From Balneolales bacterium (GTDB taxonomy: Bacteria > Bacteroidota > Rhodothermia > Balneolales > Natronogracilivirgulaceae), in assembly GCA_007128425.1 (NCBI GenBank), contig SKXL01000093.1, forward strand, positions 32,247-96,246: a stretch of 64,000 bases of DNA. The letters are read 5' to 3'. The position numbers and the translations under genes were made by a program. Of the stretch, positions 18,321 through 28,540 are shown in pieces; position 1 is the stretch's first letter; every line of letters begins with the position of its first letter. A model generated the notes under the pieces. The model had not been told where the DNA came from. It did not search any database and was given only the letters and a program-made list of their open reading frames with translations.

Positions 18321-20646
18321 TATCAGGATTCATCCAATAGATCAGTGCGGGCAGAAAGAGAAGGTCAGCCACCAGTGCCGTAAGAATGGTCAGGCAGGTT
18401 AACAATCCCATCAGCATATTGGACTCGAATGAGCTCGTGCCCAGGACACCAAATCCGGCAATAAGTATCATACTCGTCAGTACAATCGCTCTTCCGGTAT
18501 GAATTGTTGTGTTTTTCACAGCCTGGTGAAGGGTGGCGCCGCGCAGTGTTTCCATTCGGAACCTGGCCAGGTAGTGAATACTGTCATCCACAGCGATTCC
18601 GAACGCAATGGTGAAAATCACAGCAGTTGAAGGTCGAATATCAATACCGGCAAATCCCATGAATCCAGCTGTAATAAGCAGAGGAATCAAATTGGGTAGC
18701 AGTGAGATCAGGACCAGTTTTGCATTCCGAAACAGTAATGCCATAATTACGGAAATGAATAAAAATGCAAGGCCAATGCTCCAGGTGAGTGCTTTCACGA
18801 TGTTGCCGGTAAGATCGGCCGATAGTATGGTGGACCCGGTCAGTATTACGGATTCTTCTGGAAACAGTTCGTCCAGATACGATTCCAGATCAATACGCAT
18901 TTTATTTATTCTGTATGAGCCGGCATCATATGCCTGGGCAATTATGCGAGTTTGTCGATTTTCAAAATCATTGAGGGCCGAAAGCGTGACTCCTCCAGTC
19001 ATTTCCAACAGCAGGTCATATTGGGCAATAAGTGGTCTGGAACCGGGCAGACTATCCAACGAAGTACTTCGCATAACATGATCTACTCGTGACATCAACG
19101 TTGCAAAGGAGACGCTCTGTTCGATTTCTTCATACGTATTCAGGTGTTCCTGAAGCATTTGAATACGACGAAGAAGATCGGGATTGTATATTCCGTCTTC
19201 GCGGCCGGTATCCACAATGATTTCCAGAGGGAACTGCGGTGCCAGATGTTTGTCAAGAAAGCGACTCTGCCGGATCAATTCCGATCTTTCTCCCACATCA
19301 TCAAAAACCTTGCTGTTTGTTTTGAGTTGTGTTATTCCAAGTGAAACGATAACAGTGACGGTTAATGTTATTATTACCACTTTTTTGCTGTGCAGGCGGG
19401 CGGTTCGATTGGTGGATGAAAGGAGAGAGCCGATTTTTCTGAAAAAAATACGGCTCTTGTCCTCGACAGGTGTGCCGTTTTTAAGAAGCTTCAAAACGGA
19501 TGGGAGAACAAACATGGTGACCACAAACGCGATAATAACACCAATAGCCGTATAGATTCCAAAGCGACGCATTGGCATTACATTGCTTGTCATCAAAGTT
19601 AGAAATCCGATGGCTGTGGTCACGCTGGTTAGCAGAGTGGCTGATCCCAGAATGAGTATCGTCTCCCTGAGCGAACGCTCCCTGCTTTTATTCTCCAGCC
19701 TGAGATCCTGATACTTCGAGAGCATATGAACCGAATCAGCCACACCAACACAAAGCAGGATGGGGGCAATGGTACTGCTCAGTATTTCAAAAAAACCGCC
19801 GGTCATCACCAATACGGCTACAACAAACAGTATGGTGAGCCATACTATGGTGATGGGAAGCAGGACACCCAGCACCGTTCGGAACAGCAGCCAGAGTATG
19901 AGTATGATGAGAAGTGAAGCCAGCGAGACATAAAACATAATCTCTTTGTTAAGCGTCTCAACGTATTCGGTTCTAAAATAGGGAAGTCCGGTAATGTTGA
20001 GATCGTATTCGGCACGATACGGTTCCAATACCTTCTCCAATCGCGAGATGATCTCTCTTCGGTTGGAAAATGTGTTTTTCCTCTCATCTATCCGAAGATA
20101 TATTGCGGTTGCCGTGCCACCGGACCCGAGGAATCTGCCCTTGATGAATGGATCGTCAAGCATCCGCTTCATTGTTTCCTGCAGGCGCGGCTCAGCGTCC
20201 GACCAAGATCTCATCACATCCCCGGATGCCAGGTAAGATCTGGAAGCAAGCGACCCGTCCTCACGCACGAATTCATTGAGAGACCACAAGCTATGCCGTT
20301 CTTCGAGGTAGGGCAACGCTTCGAGATCCACTGTCATCTGTTTGACTTTAGTGAGGTGCCGGGGAGTGAAGAGTGAATCATGACGAAATGCGATAATAAT
20401 CATCGTGTCGTCCCTGCCAAATTCACGGCTGATTCGCTGAAACGCAACAATTGTTTCAGCGTTTTCAGGATAGAAGCCCTCCAGATCAAAATCCGCTTCG
20501 ATATGCCAGGCAGGTACCAAAGCCAATAACCCCAGCAATGCCATCAATGCCAGGTATGTTTTCGGTCGTGCCAGCAGAAAATCGATGATTGGGTTGGTAT
20601 GATTTTGTAGAAAACCCACGTTTGAAGAAGAATGATAAGGTGCCAA
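18193..20646 (-). CDS. MMPL / RND-superfamily exporter (12-TM, two large periplasmic loops)
   Basis: Two repeated halves, each with a periplasmic loop followed by a TM bundle containing an SSD-like GVADSVH / GIAVDDSIHYL motif. The 3' tail overlaps tmk by 128 nt. Confidence 0.85.
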   Translation of the reverse strand: MAPYHSSSNVGFLQNHTNPIIDFLLARPKTYLALMALLGLLALVPAWHIEADFDLEGFYPENAETIVAFQRISREFGRDDTMIIIAFRHDSLFTPRHLTKVKQMTVDLEALPYLEERHSLWSLNEFVREDGSLASRSYLASGDVMRSWSDAEPRLQETMKRMLDDPFIKGRFLGSGGTATAIYLRIDERKNTFSNRREIISRLEKVLEPYRAEYDLNITGLPYFRTEYVETLNKEIMFYVSLASLLIILILWLLFRTVLGVLLPITIVWLTILFVVAVLVMTGGFFEILSSTIAPILLCVGVADSVHMLSKYQDLRLENKSRERSLRETILILGSATLLTSVTTAIGFLTLMTSNVMPMRRFGIYTAIGVIIAFVVTMFVLPSVLKLLKNGTPVEDKSRIFFRKIGSLLSSTNRTARLHSKKVVIITLTVTVIVSLGITQLKTNSKVFDDVGERSELIRQSRFLDKHLAPQFPLEIIVDTGREDGIYNPDLLRRIQMLQEHLNTYEEIEQSVSFATLMSRVDHVMRSTSLDSLPGSRPLIAQYDLLLEMTGGVTLSALNDFENRQTRIIAQAYDAGSYRINKMRIDLESYLDELFPEESVILTGSTILSADLTGNIVKALTWSIGLAFLFISVIMALLFRNAKLVLISLLPNLIPLLITAGFMGFAGIDIRPSTAVIFTIAFGIAVDDSIHYLARFRMETLRGATLHQAVKNTTIHTGRAIVLTSMILIAGFGVLGTSSFESNMLMGLLTCLTILTALVADLLFLPALIYWMNPDITIGEAFSPDVQLSSEKLHRATSMNQEQPFVLRATPIDQSPR

Positions 20647-20658
20647 ATAGTTACTGGA

Positions 20659-22053
20659 TCAGAAATAGTATCTGATCCCTGCATATGCAAGGGTATTGCC
20701 CCGGTAGGAACCAAAACTGGGGTGGCCATAGTTCATTTTTGGCGTTGGACCTCCAAAAATGTGGGCTCCTGCAGTAAGCAACACACCATCCAAAATATCA
20801 TAACCGAGCTCTTTACGGATCCAGTAATCACTCCCGTTAATTTGAAACGTGGCCGTAACCTCACAGTCAAGCCGTTCGCGGAAAAAGGAGCGGCTGGTGA
20901 ATGCGGAAATGCTTTGAAACCGGGTATCCTGGATGACATCCGGGTGCGGATTTTCAATTAGCTGAATGTACCACTGAATTCCAATTTGCATATCACTACC
21001 AAAGTATCGTGCTTCCAGCAAAAGATCCGTTGCGGGGTGACGTGAAATAAATTCCTCGTTATCATCTGAAACCATGCTGATGATACGGGGAAAACCGGGC
21101 AAGTCAGGGTTGGCAGGATCAAATGAGAATAATTCATCCGGTATTTTGTCATACGTACTGTTTTCAAACCATGCCGTTTCAAGAAGCAGGTTCAGAGATG
21201 AAGTGATCTGCCAGGAAATTCCTCCGGTTACGATCAGGGTTGGTGTGAATGTTTCCTCAAGAAGGATGTGTGGGTCGTGAATGGGTGATCCAGGCGTATT
21301 TAAACGAATGCTTTTTCTGTATGCGGGCATGGATGGGTTCCAATATAAAAACCCCAGTTGAATTTCCAGAGCGCGCCACGGATTCGTGTCCCAGATCAGT
21401 GCAGCCTGCGGCTTATCGGCTTTCGTCGGTGCCGATTTTATCCGGACAGGCAACCCGGCAGGAACAGGTAGATGGGGAAACCATCTGCTTTCGGGATCCG
21501 GTACTAATGAAGGTGTGAAAACGGGTGCAAAAATCATTCGAAATCTGGAATTTCCGATGTAATAGGAATAATTCAGGGCAATCGTTCCCCTTTGCAACGT
21601 GGAAAAGGGTTCAATAAGAAAATTTCGGGAATCAAAAGGCTGAATTCTATCAACAGGGGCATTTGCGACAGATAAACCGAGCTGCAAAATTTGTCGCCCG
21701 ATGCGCAGGTCACTTTTGGAAAAATGCAAATCAAGCCAGAGTTCTGGGAATGCCCACTCGATAGAATCCACCGAAGCTTCGAAACGGTTTCGAATATCTG
21801 TCCGTGCAAAGAGCCTGCCATCACCAAAGTGGTTGTCGATATTCAACGTGAGCCGCTGCAGACCGGGAAGCAGATCTGGTGGATGAGTGAGTGTGACGCC
21901 GGAAAGGTGATGAAAATCACCGGTTATCAAAGGAGGAGCAGCGACAGAGCTGGAAGTGAAGCGAAGCAGCAAAAACAGAAAAAAAAGTACCAAAGATGAC
22001 ACTGTGGAGCGTAACAAACCAGCATGCAAAGCGACTAATTTATAAATTTTCAA
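20659..22053 (-). CDS. Putative outer-membrane beta-barrel protein (uncharacterised)
   Basis: N-terminal hydrophobic signal-like segment, alternating beta-strand-like pattern, and a C-terminal aromatic end ...YAGIRYYF. It lies 12 nt upstream of, and co-directional with, the MMPL gene. Confidence 0.5.
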   Translation of the reverse strand: MKIYKLVALHAGLLRSTVSSLVLFFLFLLLRFTSSSVAAPPLITGDFHHLSGVTLTHPPDLLPGLQRLTLNIDNHFGDGRLFARTDIRNRFEASVDSIEWAFPELWLDLHFSKSDLRIGRQILQLGLSVANAPVDRIQPFDSRNFLIEPFSTLQRGTIALNYSYYIGNSRFRMIFAPVFTPSLVPDPESRWFPHLPVPAGLPVRIKSAPTKADKPQAALIWDTNPWRALEIQLGFLYWNPSMPAYRKSIRLNTPGSPIHDPHILLEETFTPTLIVTGGISWQITSSLNLLLETAWFENSTYDKIPDELFSFDPANPDLPGFPRIISMVSDDNEEFISRHPATDLLLEARYFGSDMQIGIQWYIQLIENPHPDVIQDTRFQSISAFTSRSFFRERLDCEVTATFQINGSDYWIRKELGYDILDGVLLTAGAHIFGGPTPKMNYGHPSFGSYRGNTLAYAGIRYYF

Positions 22054-22186
22054 TTGCTGAAATTAAGAAAAATGCTTATTTTATGTTTTATTGAGCGGCA
22101 AATGGAATGAGATGCCGGCAATGTCATGGTGATACCAGAAACCAATCACACGAACCATTCAACTTTACGAAGTATAAAAGTACATT

Positions 22187-22669
22187 ATGGCGCATCAAAG
22201 AATCGAAGTTGACCTGCCTTTATCAAAAGTTTATGAGTTGATGAGCTCTCCAACGGATTTCCCAAAATATCTCACATCTTTGAGGGAAGTAAACAAAATC
22301 AACTCGCAAACGTTTGAATATGTAACTGAAATTGGTGGAGAAGAATTCCGGTGGACCACCAACATCATTGATGATCTGCGTAACACCCGATTTGCCTGGA
22401 TCACTATCAACGGGAACCTCAATCAGACCGGAACCATTCGTTTTACACCATTAAACAACGGATCACGTACCCGGGTTGACTTCAGCCTGGATTACAGAAC
22501 GTTCTTTGGTGAACCATCGAGTGATATGGCCAAGTTTATTGAAGATTTGCCCCAGCAACTTATGAGCGATCTGGAAAAGTTCAAGGATCTTGCGGAGAGT
22601 GGCAGCTTCAAGGACGAGGAGGAAAAAGAAGAGGCTGCTTCTGAGAAGAAGGAAGAAGTAACAGCCTGA
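22187..22669 (+). CDS. SRPBCC (cyclase/dehydrase-like) family protein with acidic C-terminal tail
   Basis: Size and pattern fit a START/Bet-v1-like fold (IEVDLPLSKVYELMSSPTDFPKYL...). The C-terminus is KDEEEKEEAASEKKEE. No catalytic assignment is possible. Confidence 0.6.
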   Translation: MAHQRIEVDLPLSKVYELMSSPTDFPKYLTSLREVNKINSQTFEYVTEIGGEEFRWTTNIIDDLRNTRFAWITINGNLNQTGTIRFTPLNNGSRTRVDFSLDYRTFFGEPSSDMAKFIEDLPQQLMSDLEKFKDLAESGSFKDEEEKEEAASEKKEEVTA

Positions 22670-22688
22670 CTTTTCCAACCGACAATTC

Positions 22689-22718
22689 AAAAAAGGGGGC
22701 TAGCCCCCTTTTTTTTTT
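22689..22718. terminator. Symmetric (potentially bidirectional) intrinsic terminator
   Basis: AAAAAA-GGGGG-CTAG-CCCCC-TTTTTTTTTT: a 5 bp G:C stem with a tetraloop, an A6 run upstream and a T10 run downstream. It sits 20 nt after the SRPBCC stop. Confidence 0.8.
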
Positions 22719-22750
22719 ATCGTGAAGTGCGGCTTCCTGACACCCTGACC

Positions 22751-23614
22751 ATGCTCATATCCGAGTTTATTGCTTCAGATTACAAGGATCAACATTTTGT
22801 TGTCGTGATTGGTCATCCTGTATCTCACAGCAGATCACCGGAAATACACAATGTCGCATTGTCGTACCACAACCTGGATGTGCGTTATTACGCGCTGGAA
22901 TGTCCCGAAAGTGAGCTTCATCTCATACCAGAACTTTTTAAATTGAATTGGTTTTGCGGTGCGAATGTAACCATTCCACTCAAAAAAAAAATCATTGAAT
23001 TTCTGGATGATTCAGATGAGTCAGCACGTGATATCGGTGCTGTAAATACGGTTGTATCGGATCCACAAACGGGACAGCTACTCGGCTACAACACGGACGC
23101 ATACGGATTCATGGTGCCGCTTAGAGAAGTTCATGATATTCGCACGGTTACCATACTTGGCACAGGTGGGGCTTCTCGTGCCATTTGTCATGCCTTGCTC
23201 AAACACGGAGTGGAAAAGTTATTTCTCGTAAGCCGAAGACAGAATAATCAGGTGCTGGACTTTGAACAACCAGGCCGGCTGACCAGAATTACATATGATG
23301 ATCTTGAGCATGCGATTGTTCATTCCGATTTAATAGTTAACTGCACACCGGTAGGCATGCATCCCGAAACGGAACAATCACCCATACCGGATACGTTAAT
23401 GCCTCTGCTCAAGGGCAAATACTGCTATGACATTATATACAATCCGCCAGAGACCACACTGCTTCAAAAAGCAAAGGCTAACAAAGCTTTGACCATTGGT
23501 GGCCTGGATATGTTCATTCATCAGGCGGCGCGATCCTTTGAGCTATGGTTCGGCAAACCCATGCCGATTGATTTGGTTCGAAATGTGCTGCTTGAGATGA
23601 TCAATAAAAGCTGA
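22751..23614 (+). CDS. aroE: Shikimate dehydrogenase
   Basis: IGHPVSHSRSPEIHN, NVTIPLK, GYNTD, GTGGASRA. ATG at 22751 is preferred, because GTG at 22727 lies only 8 nt after the terminator T-run. Confidence 0.85.
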   Translation: MLISEFIASDYKDQHFVVVIGHPVSHSRSPEIHNVALSYHNLDVRYYALECPESELHLIPELFKLNWFCGANVTIPLKKKIIEFLDDSDESARDIGAVNTVVSDPQTGQLLGYNTDAYGFMVPLREVHDIRTVTILGTGGASRAICHALLKHGVEKLFLVSRRQNNQVLDFEQPGRLTRITYDDLEHAIVHSDLIVNCTPVGMHPETEQSPIPDTLMPLLKGKYCYDIIYNPPETTLLQKAKANKALTIGGLDMFIHQAARSFELWFGKPMPIDLVRNVLLEMINKS

Positions 23615-23624
23615 ATTTGACAAT

Positions 23625-24347
23625 ATGCCAGTAATTTGGACTGACAATCCGGAGATTCATGCTGCTTTCATTTCTCGCGAAATTGAGAAGATGGGATCGC
23701 GTTTCATGTCGGTTACCAATCAGAAAGAAAGCGCTGATCATTTAAAAGCCCTTGATAATAATCGGAAAATTGCTTCTGACTATTTAAAGCAGCCAACCAT
23801 TGAGCTCTGCATGGGAAAACAGGTCCACAGTGCCCGAATCGCATACGCAAGAAAACCCGGGGTGATCGATAATACGGATGGCCTGGTAACAGACAAACCA
23901 TGGCTTGCTATTGGTGTACTTGTGGCCGATTGTGCCGCGGTTCTGATTGCTGATCCTGTCAATAAAATAATTGCCGCAGTGCATGCAGGATGGCGTGGCT
24001 CCATTGAGGGAATCATTCCTGAGGCAATTCTTCAAATGGAAAAAATCGGCGCCGAACCAGATCTGATGCATGTCTATATCAGCCCATGCATCTCCAGGCA
24101 GTCATTTGAAGTGGGAAATGAGGTTGCCGCACAATTTCCCGAACGCTTTGTAGACCGTTCCTGCGAAAAACCGCATGTGGATCTTCGCGGATTCATTCTT
24201 CAGGAACTTATAAAAGCCGGAGTTTCACTCGAAACCGTTATTCAGGATGATAAATGTACAACGAAACATCCTGATTTACTTCATTCTTTCCGGAGAGATG
24301 GTGAAGAAAGCGGCCGCATGATGGCTGTTGTTGCAATATCTGATTAA
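23625..24347 (+). CDS. pgeF: Peptidoglycan editing factor PgeF / YfiH (laccase-domain, DUF152) family
   Basis: Conserved VADCAAV and HAGWRG motifs. Length is ~240 aa. Confidence 0.85.
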   Translation: MPVIWTDNPEIHAAFISREIEKMGSRFMSVTNQKESADHLKALDNNRKIASDYLKQPTIELCMGKQVHSARIAYARKPGVIDNTDGLVTDKPWLAIGVLVADCAAVLIADPVNKIIAAVHAGWRGSIEGIIPEAILQMEKIGAEPDLMHVYISPCISRQSFEVGNEVAAQFPERFVDRSCEKPHVDLRGFILQELIKAGVSLETVIQDDKCTTKHPDLLHSFRRDGEESGRMMAVVAISD

Positions 24348-24452
24348 GCTGTTGTACGGGAACTATTTTTACCCTTATTTACGATTCTATTTGTGTGATG
24401 CATATCGCTTTTTTGCGATCAATAGTTAATAACCTGACTGCCTCGCCATACA

Positions 24453-25601
24453 TTGAAAAAACAAAACCTGCTCATATTGGGATCAACCGGATCCATCGGC
24501 ACACAGACACTGGATATCGTACGGATGCATCCGGACAAGCTGAATCTGTTTGGAATAACCGCTCATACAAATTGGGAGACGCTGGCCAATCAAATCAATG
24601 AATTCCGACCGGCCTACGCACTGCTTGCAGATGCCTCCTTTTTTAATAAACTAAAGGAATCCATTACGCACGATCAGACCACGCTTCTGTGCGGTCATCA
24701 GGAGATGGATCATTTGGTCAGGGCTGACGATACCGATACGGTAATCAACAGCCTGGTTGGGTTTTCCGGTTTTCGGCCCACCATATTGGCTCTGTCTGCC
24801 GGTAAAAAGGTCGCGCTGGCCAACAAGGAGTCACTGGTAGTTGGCGGCGAACTGCTTGCACCGTATCTGAACGGTAACTATGATCGTTTGATACCCATAG
24901 ATTCCGAGCACAGTGCGATTCTGCAATGCCTGGTTGGTGAAGATATTGAAAACATCGACAAGCTTATCATCACTGCAAGCGGCGGGCCCTTTCGAAGCTG
25001 GTCGAATTCTCAAATCCGGAAAGCCACAGTCAGAGACGCACTCCGGCATCCGAATTGGGAAATGGGATCCAAAATTACAATTGACTCGGCCACCATGATG
25101 AATAAGGGCCTTGAAGTGATTGAAGCTCATTGGCTTTTTGGTCTTCCGATAAAAAGAATTGAAGCAGTGGTCCATCCCCAGAGTATTGTGCATTCCATGG
25201 TGGTATTCAAAGATGGTTCCATAAAGGCTCAAATGGGGCTTCCTGATATGCGGTTGCCGATTCAGTATGCGCTTACGTTTCCGGACCGCTGGCCTCTGGC
25301 TTCCAGGCATATTGATTGGTCGGTACAACAGCAGCTTACGTTTGAACCGGTTGATCCGGTGCGCTTTCCATGTTTCGATCTGGCACTGCAAGCCATTGAA
25401 AACGGCGATTATGCACCAGCCGTACTTAACGCCTCGAATGAAGTTGCTGTCGATCGATTTCTGAAAGAAGAAATTTCGTATATTCAAATCTCTGAAATTG
25501 TAGAGAAAAGTTTGTCTCATATAACGAACTCAGATACGTTATCAGTTGAGTCGCTGGAAGCGGTTGACCGGGAGGCCAGAGCCTTTGCCCGTTTTATCTG
25601 A
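24453..25601 (+). CDS. dxr: 1-deoxy-D-xylulose-5-phosphate reductoisomerase
   Basis: ILGSTGSIGTQTLD, ANKESLV, DSEHSAI, NKGLEVIEAH. It uses a TTG start. Confidence 0.95.
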   Translation: MKKQNLLILGSTGSIGTQTLDIVRMHPDKLNLFGITAHTNWETLANQINEFRPAYALLADASFFNKLKESITHDQTTLLCGHQEMDHLVRADDTDTVINSLVGFSGFRPTILALSAGKKVALANKESLVVGGELLAPYLNGNYDRLIPIDSEHSAILQCLVGEDIENIDKLIITASGGPFRSWSNSQIRKATVRDALRHPNWEMGSKITIDSATMMNKGLEVIEAHWLFGLPIKRIEAVVHPQSIVHSMVVFKDGSIKAQMGLPDMRLPIQYALTFPDRWPLASRHIDWSVQQQLTFEPVDPVRFPCFDLALQAIENGDYAPAVLNASNEVAVDRFLKEEISYIQISEIVEKSLSHITNSDTLSVESLEAVDREARAFARFI

Positions 25602-25619
25602 TCAAATAAAAAAGGTTTC

Positions 25620-26972
25620 ATGGAAGTAATTTTTAGCATACTGCAGACCATACTCATATTTGTGGCTGCCATTTTTGTACTTGTCCTGGTACACGAACTC
25701 GGGCATTTTCTGGCTGCAAAACTCTTTGGAATGAGAGTAGAGCGGTTTTCCATCGGGTTTCCACCAAGACTTTTTGGAATTCGGAAAGGGAATACAGATT
25801 ACTGCATTTCTGCACTTCCGCTGGGAGGTTATGTAAAAATATCCGGGATGGTCGACGAGAGCATGGACGACAGTTTTACCGCCTCCAAACCCAAAGATTA
25901 TGAGTATCGCAGCAAACCGGTTTGGCAGAGGATGATCGTGATCTCAGCGGGTGTGATTTTTAATATGATCCTTGCCTATGTTATTTTTGCTGTAATCACA
26001 TTCTCCCATGGCGTTAATCAGATACCTGCAGAGAATGTTCAGGGAATGTATATACCTGAACATTCGACAGCAGAAACCGTTGGATTCCAAACTGGCGACA
26101 GAATTGTAGCTGTTAATGACAAGGAGATTGAATACATACGCAGAGGTCAGTTTTTTTCCATTTCCGAAATAACCAGCCAGCAATTGAGCTTTACGGTTGA
26201 ACGTGACGGTCAATTGGTTACATTGCGTCCTCCGGCAGACTTTCTCGATCATCTCGCCAGAAATCCGGAATTCATTGAACTTCAGAATGCTCTGCCCAGC
26301 AGTATCGGTGCCGTTTCAGATGGATCACCAGCAGATAAAGCCGGTTTGAAACCCAGTGACGAAATCATCGCGATCAACGGGGAAGAGGTGGGCTACTGGA
26401 TTCAGATGGTTGACAAGATCCAATCCGGAGGGGATGAGATGATTTTTACCATTCGGCGTAATTCTGATGTGTTTGACGTAACCATAGCTCCGGACCCGGA
26501 GCGAAGGATTATCGGCATAGCCATTGTTGATCCACATGAATATTTTGGATTTGAAACGATAAGTTTTGGGTTTTTCGCCTCAATTCGTGAAGGAGTTTCC
26601 CAGGCTCATGATACCCTGCTTGGCATCATTAACGGCTTTCGTCAACTGTTGACTGGCGCCATTTCCATCCGTGAGAATCTTGGAGGTCCGGTTGCCATCG
26701 CTTCTGTAACCGCTGATGTAACCGAAAGAGGAGGTGCTCTGGGATTCTGGAATTTCACGGCTTTTCTTAGCATTACATTGGCGCTTATGAATATACTTCC
26801 GATACCGATGCTGGACGGTGGCCACCTGATGTTTCTCATTTACGAAGCCGTAACGCGGCGAGAACCATCCGTGAAGGTCAGAATGGCCCTTCAACAGATT
26901 GGATTTATACTTCTTATAAGTCTTATGATTTTTGTAACATTCAACGATATACTCCGGCATGTAGTGAACTGA
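25620..26972 (+). CDS. rseP: RIP site-2 metalloprotease RseP
   Basis: HELGHF zinc motif in TM1, central PDZ-like region, and NILPIPMLDGGH near the C-terminus. Confidence 0.9.
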   Translation: MEVIFSILQTILIFVAAIFVLVLVHELGHFLAAKLFGMRVERFSIGFPPRLFGIRKGNTDYCISALPLGGYVKISGMVDESMDDSFTASKPKDYEYRSKPVWQRMIVISAGVIFNMILAYVIFAVITFSHGVNQIPAENVQGMYIPEHSTAETVGFQTGDRIVAVNDKEIEYIRRGQFFSISEITSQQLSFTVERDGQLVTLRPPADFLDHLARNPEFIELQNALPSSIGAVSDGSPADKAGLKPSDEIIAINGEEVGYWIQMVDKIQSGGDEMIFTIRRNSDVFDVTIAPDPERRIIGIAIVDPHEYFGFETISFGFFASIREGVSQAHDTLLGIINGFRQLLTGAISIRENLGGPVAIASVTADVTERGGALGFWNFTAFLSITLALMNILPIPMLDGGHLMFLIYEAVTRREPSVKVRMALQQIGFILLISLMIFVTFNDILRHVVN

Positions 26973-26975
26973 CCT

Positions 26976-27644
26976 ATGAAATTTGCAAAAGACGGAGTTC
27001 CGGTTATCGTTGCAACGCTTTTTTTGGCTCTTGTCATTACAGCCATTGGCTGGCTGTTGAATAACAACTTTTCGATCCTGCTTTATCTGGCCGCACTTTT
27101 TATCGCGGGATTCACCCTCTATTTTTTTCGTGATCCGGACAGAAACATTCCCAGTGGAGACTACATTCTGGCGCCGGCTGACGGCAAGGTGATTTCAATT
27201 GATGTGGTCCGCGAAGAGAACTATCTCGAGTCAGGTGCCAGGCAGATAACCATATTTCTGTCACTGGGCAATGTCCATGTAAACAGATACCCTGTGTCAG
27301 GAAAAGTAGAACATGTTGCCTATTTTCCGGGAAAGTATCTCGTTGCCTGGCACCCCAAAGCATCTGCACTCAATGAAAGGGCTGAATTTGGCATCAGGCA
27401 TCACTCTGGATTAAAAATTTTTTACCGGCAAATTACAGGATATGTTGCCAGACGCATTGTTTTTTACACCAGGGAAGGGGAAGATGTCAAAGCAGGTGAA
27501 CGCTTTGGTCTCATGAAGTTCGGATCTCGCATGGATATTCTTGTTCCTGAAAACATGGACATTCTTGTCAAAGAGGGCGATAGAACGATCGGTGGCGAAA
27601 CCATTCTGGCACATCTTGATGACAATGCAACAAGCCCGGTATGA
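26976..27644 (+). CDS. psd: Phosphatidylserine decarboxylase proenzyme (short type)
   Basis: N-terminal TM segments, and FGSRMD matching the self-cleavage G-S site region. It overlaps pssA by 4 nt (ATGA). Confidence 0.85.
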   Translation: MKFAKDGVPVIVATLFLALVITAIGWLLNNNFSILLYLAALFIAGFTLYFFRDPDRNIPSGDYILAPADGKVISIDVVREENYLESGARQITIFLSLGNVHVNRYPVSGKVEHVAYFPGKYLVAWHPKASALNERAEFGIRHHSGLKIFYRQITGYVARRIVFYTREGEDVKAGERFGLMKFGSRMDILVPENMDILVKEGDRTIGGETILAHLDDNATSPV

Positions 27645-28438
27645 ACCCTGAAAAACGACTGCTGCGGAGACAGCTGCGAAGAGACCATCTGAGAAGAAAG
27701 TTTAGAAAACCGATTCCCAAAACGGTTGTACCAAGTTTCTTCACATTGATGAATCTGTTTTGCGGGCTTGTCGCCATTATACAGATTTATGAGGGCAAAC
27801 TCGAATTCGGTGCGTGGCTTATCGTCATTGCTGCCATCTTCGACATGATGGATGGCTTCATGGCCCGGCTTACCAATGCCACAACGGAATTTGGAATTGA
27901 ACTTGACTCACTGAGCGATATCGTATCTTTTGGTGTAGCACCTGCGTTCCTGTTTTACAGCTACTCTCTTCATGAATTAATGATCATTGGAATTATCATT
28001 TCCGCTTTTCCTGCTTTATGTGGTGCCGTTCGCCTTGCCAGGTTTAATGTGGATGTTCGCATTGAAGATCCTGATAACTTCAAAGGCCTTCCCATTCCAG
28101 CTCAGGCCATGATGCTTGTGGCTCTGTTTCTGATTTTCTTTCCCAATCCTGAACTTTTTGAGGGATTCAACCACGGATTCAACAGCATGTTGGTTCCTGT
28201 TATTTTGTTGCTGTCGCTATTGATGGTTAGTACGGTACCTTTTGACAAAATTCCAAGGTTTAACAAAAATTATCTCCGCCAAAACCGGAAGAGAGTATAT
28301 TTGTTTCTGTTTTATTTCATTGCTGTTGTTGCATTTCAGGAATACGGGCTGATTCTCGTGTTCAGTATTTTTATCGCCAAAGGAGTTTTTTTATCTTTGC
28401 TTCGTTTCTGGAAGGAGATCCACGAAGAGCCCGTTTAG
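27641..28438 (+). CDS. pssA: CDP-diacylglycerol--serine O-phosphatidyltransferase
   Basis: CDP-alcohol phosphatidyltransferase motif DGFMARLTNATTEFGIELDSLSD in a polytopic membrane protein. Confidence 0.85.
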   Translation: MNPEKRLLRRQLRRDHLRRKFRKPIPKTVVPSFFTLMNLFCGLVAIIQIYEGKLEFGAWLIVIAAIFDMMDGFMARLTNATTEFGIELDSLSDIVSFGVAPAFLFYSYSLHELMIIGIIISAFPALCGAVRLARFNVDVRIEDPDNFKGLPIPAQAMMLVALFLIFFPNPELFEGFNHGFNSMLVPVILLLSLLMVSTVPFDKIPRFNKNYLRQNRKRVYLFLFYFIAVVAFQEYGLILVFSIFIAKGVFLSLLRFWKEIHEEPV

Positions 28439-28540
28439 ACTCTGCGAATCGATAAAAAACCGTCTGAAAGATCTTTTTTATCATGTGTACATGGTCTGCT
28501 CAACCGGGGAGATCAAACGGAACGATGGTACACAATGGAT

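Noticed and set aside
28451-28482. An AT-rich inverted repeat GATAAAAAA-N14-TTTTTTATC between convergent pssA and the PorQ-like gene, considered as a bidirectional terminator.
   Set aside because: The stem is made entirely of A:T pairs and the loop is 14 nt. Predicted stability is too low to call a terminator with confidence.
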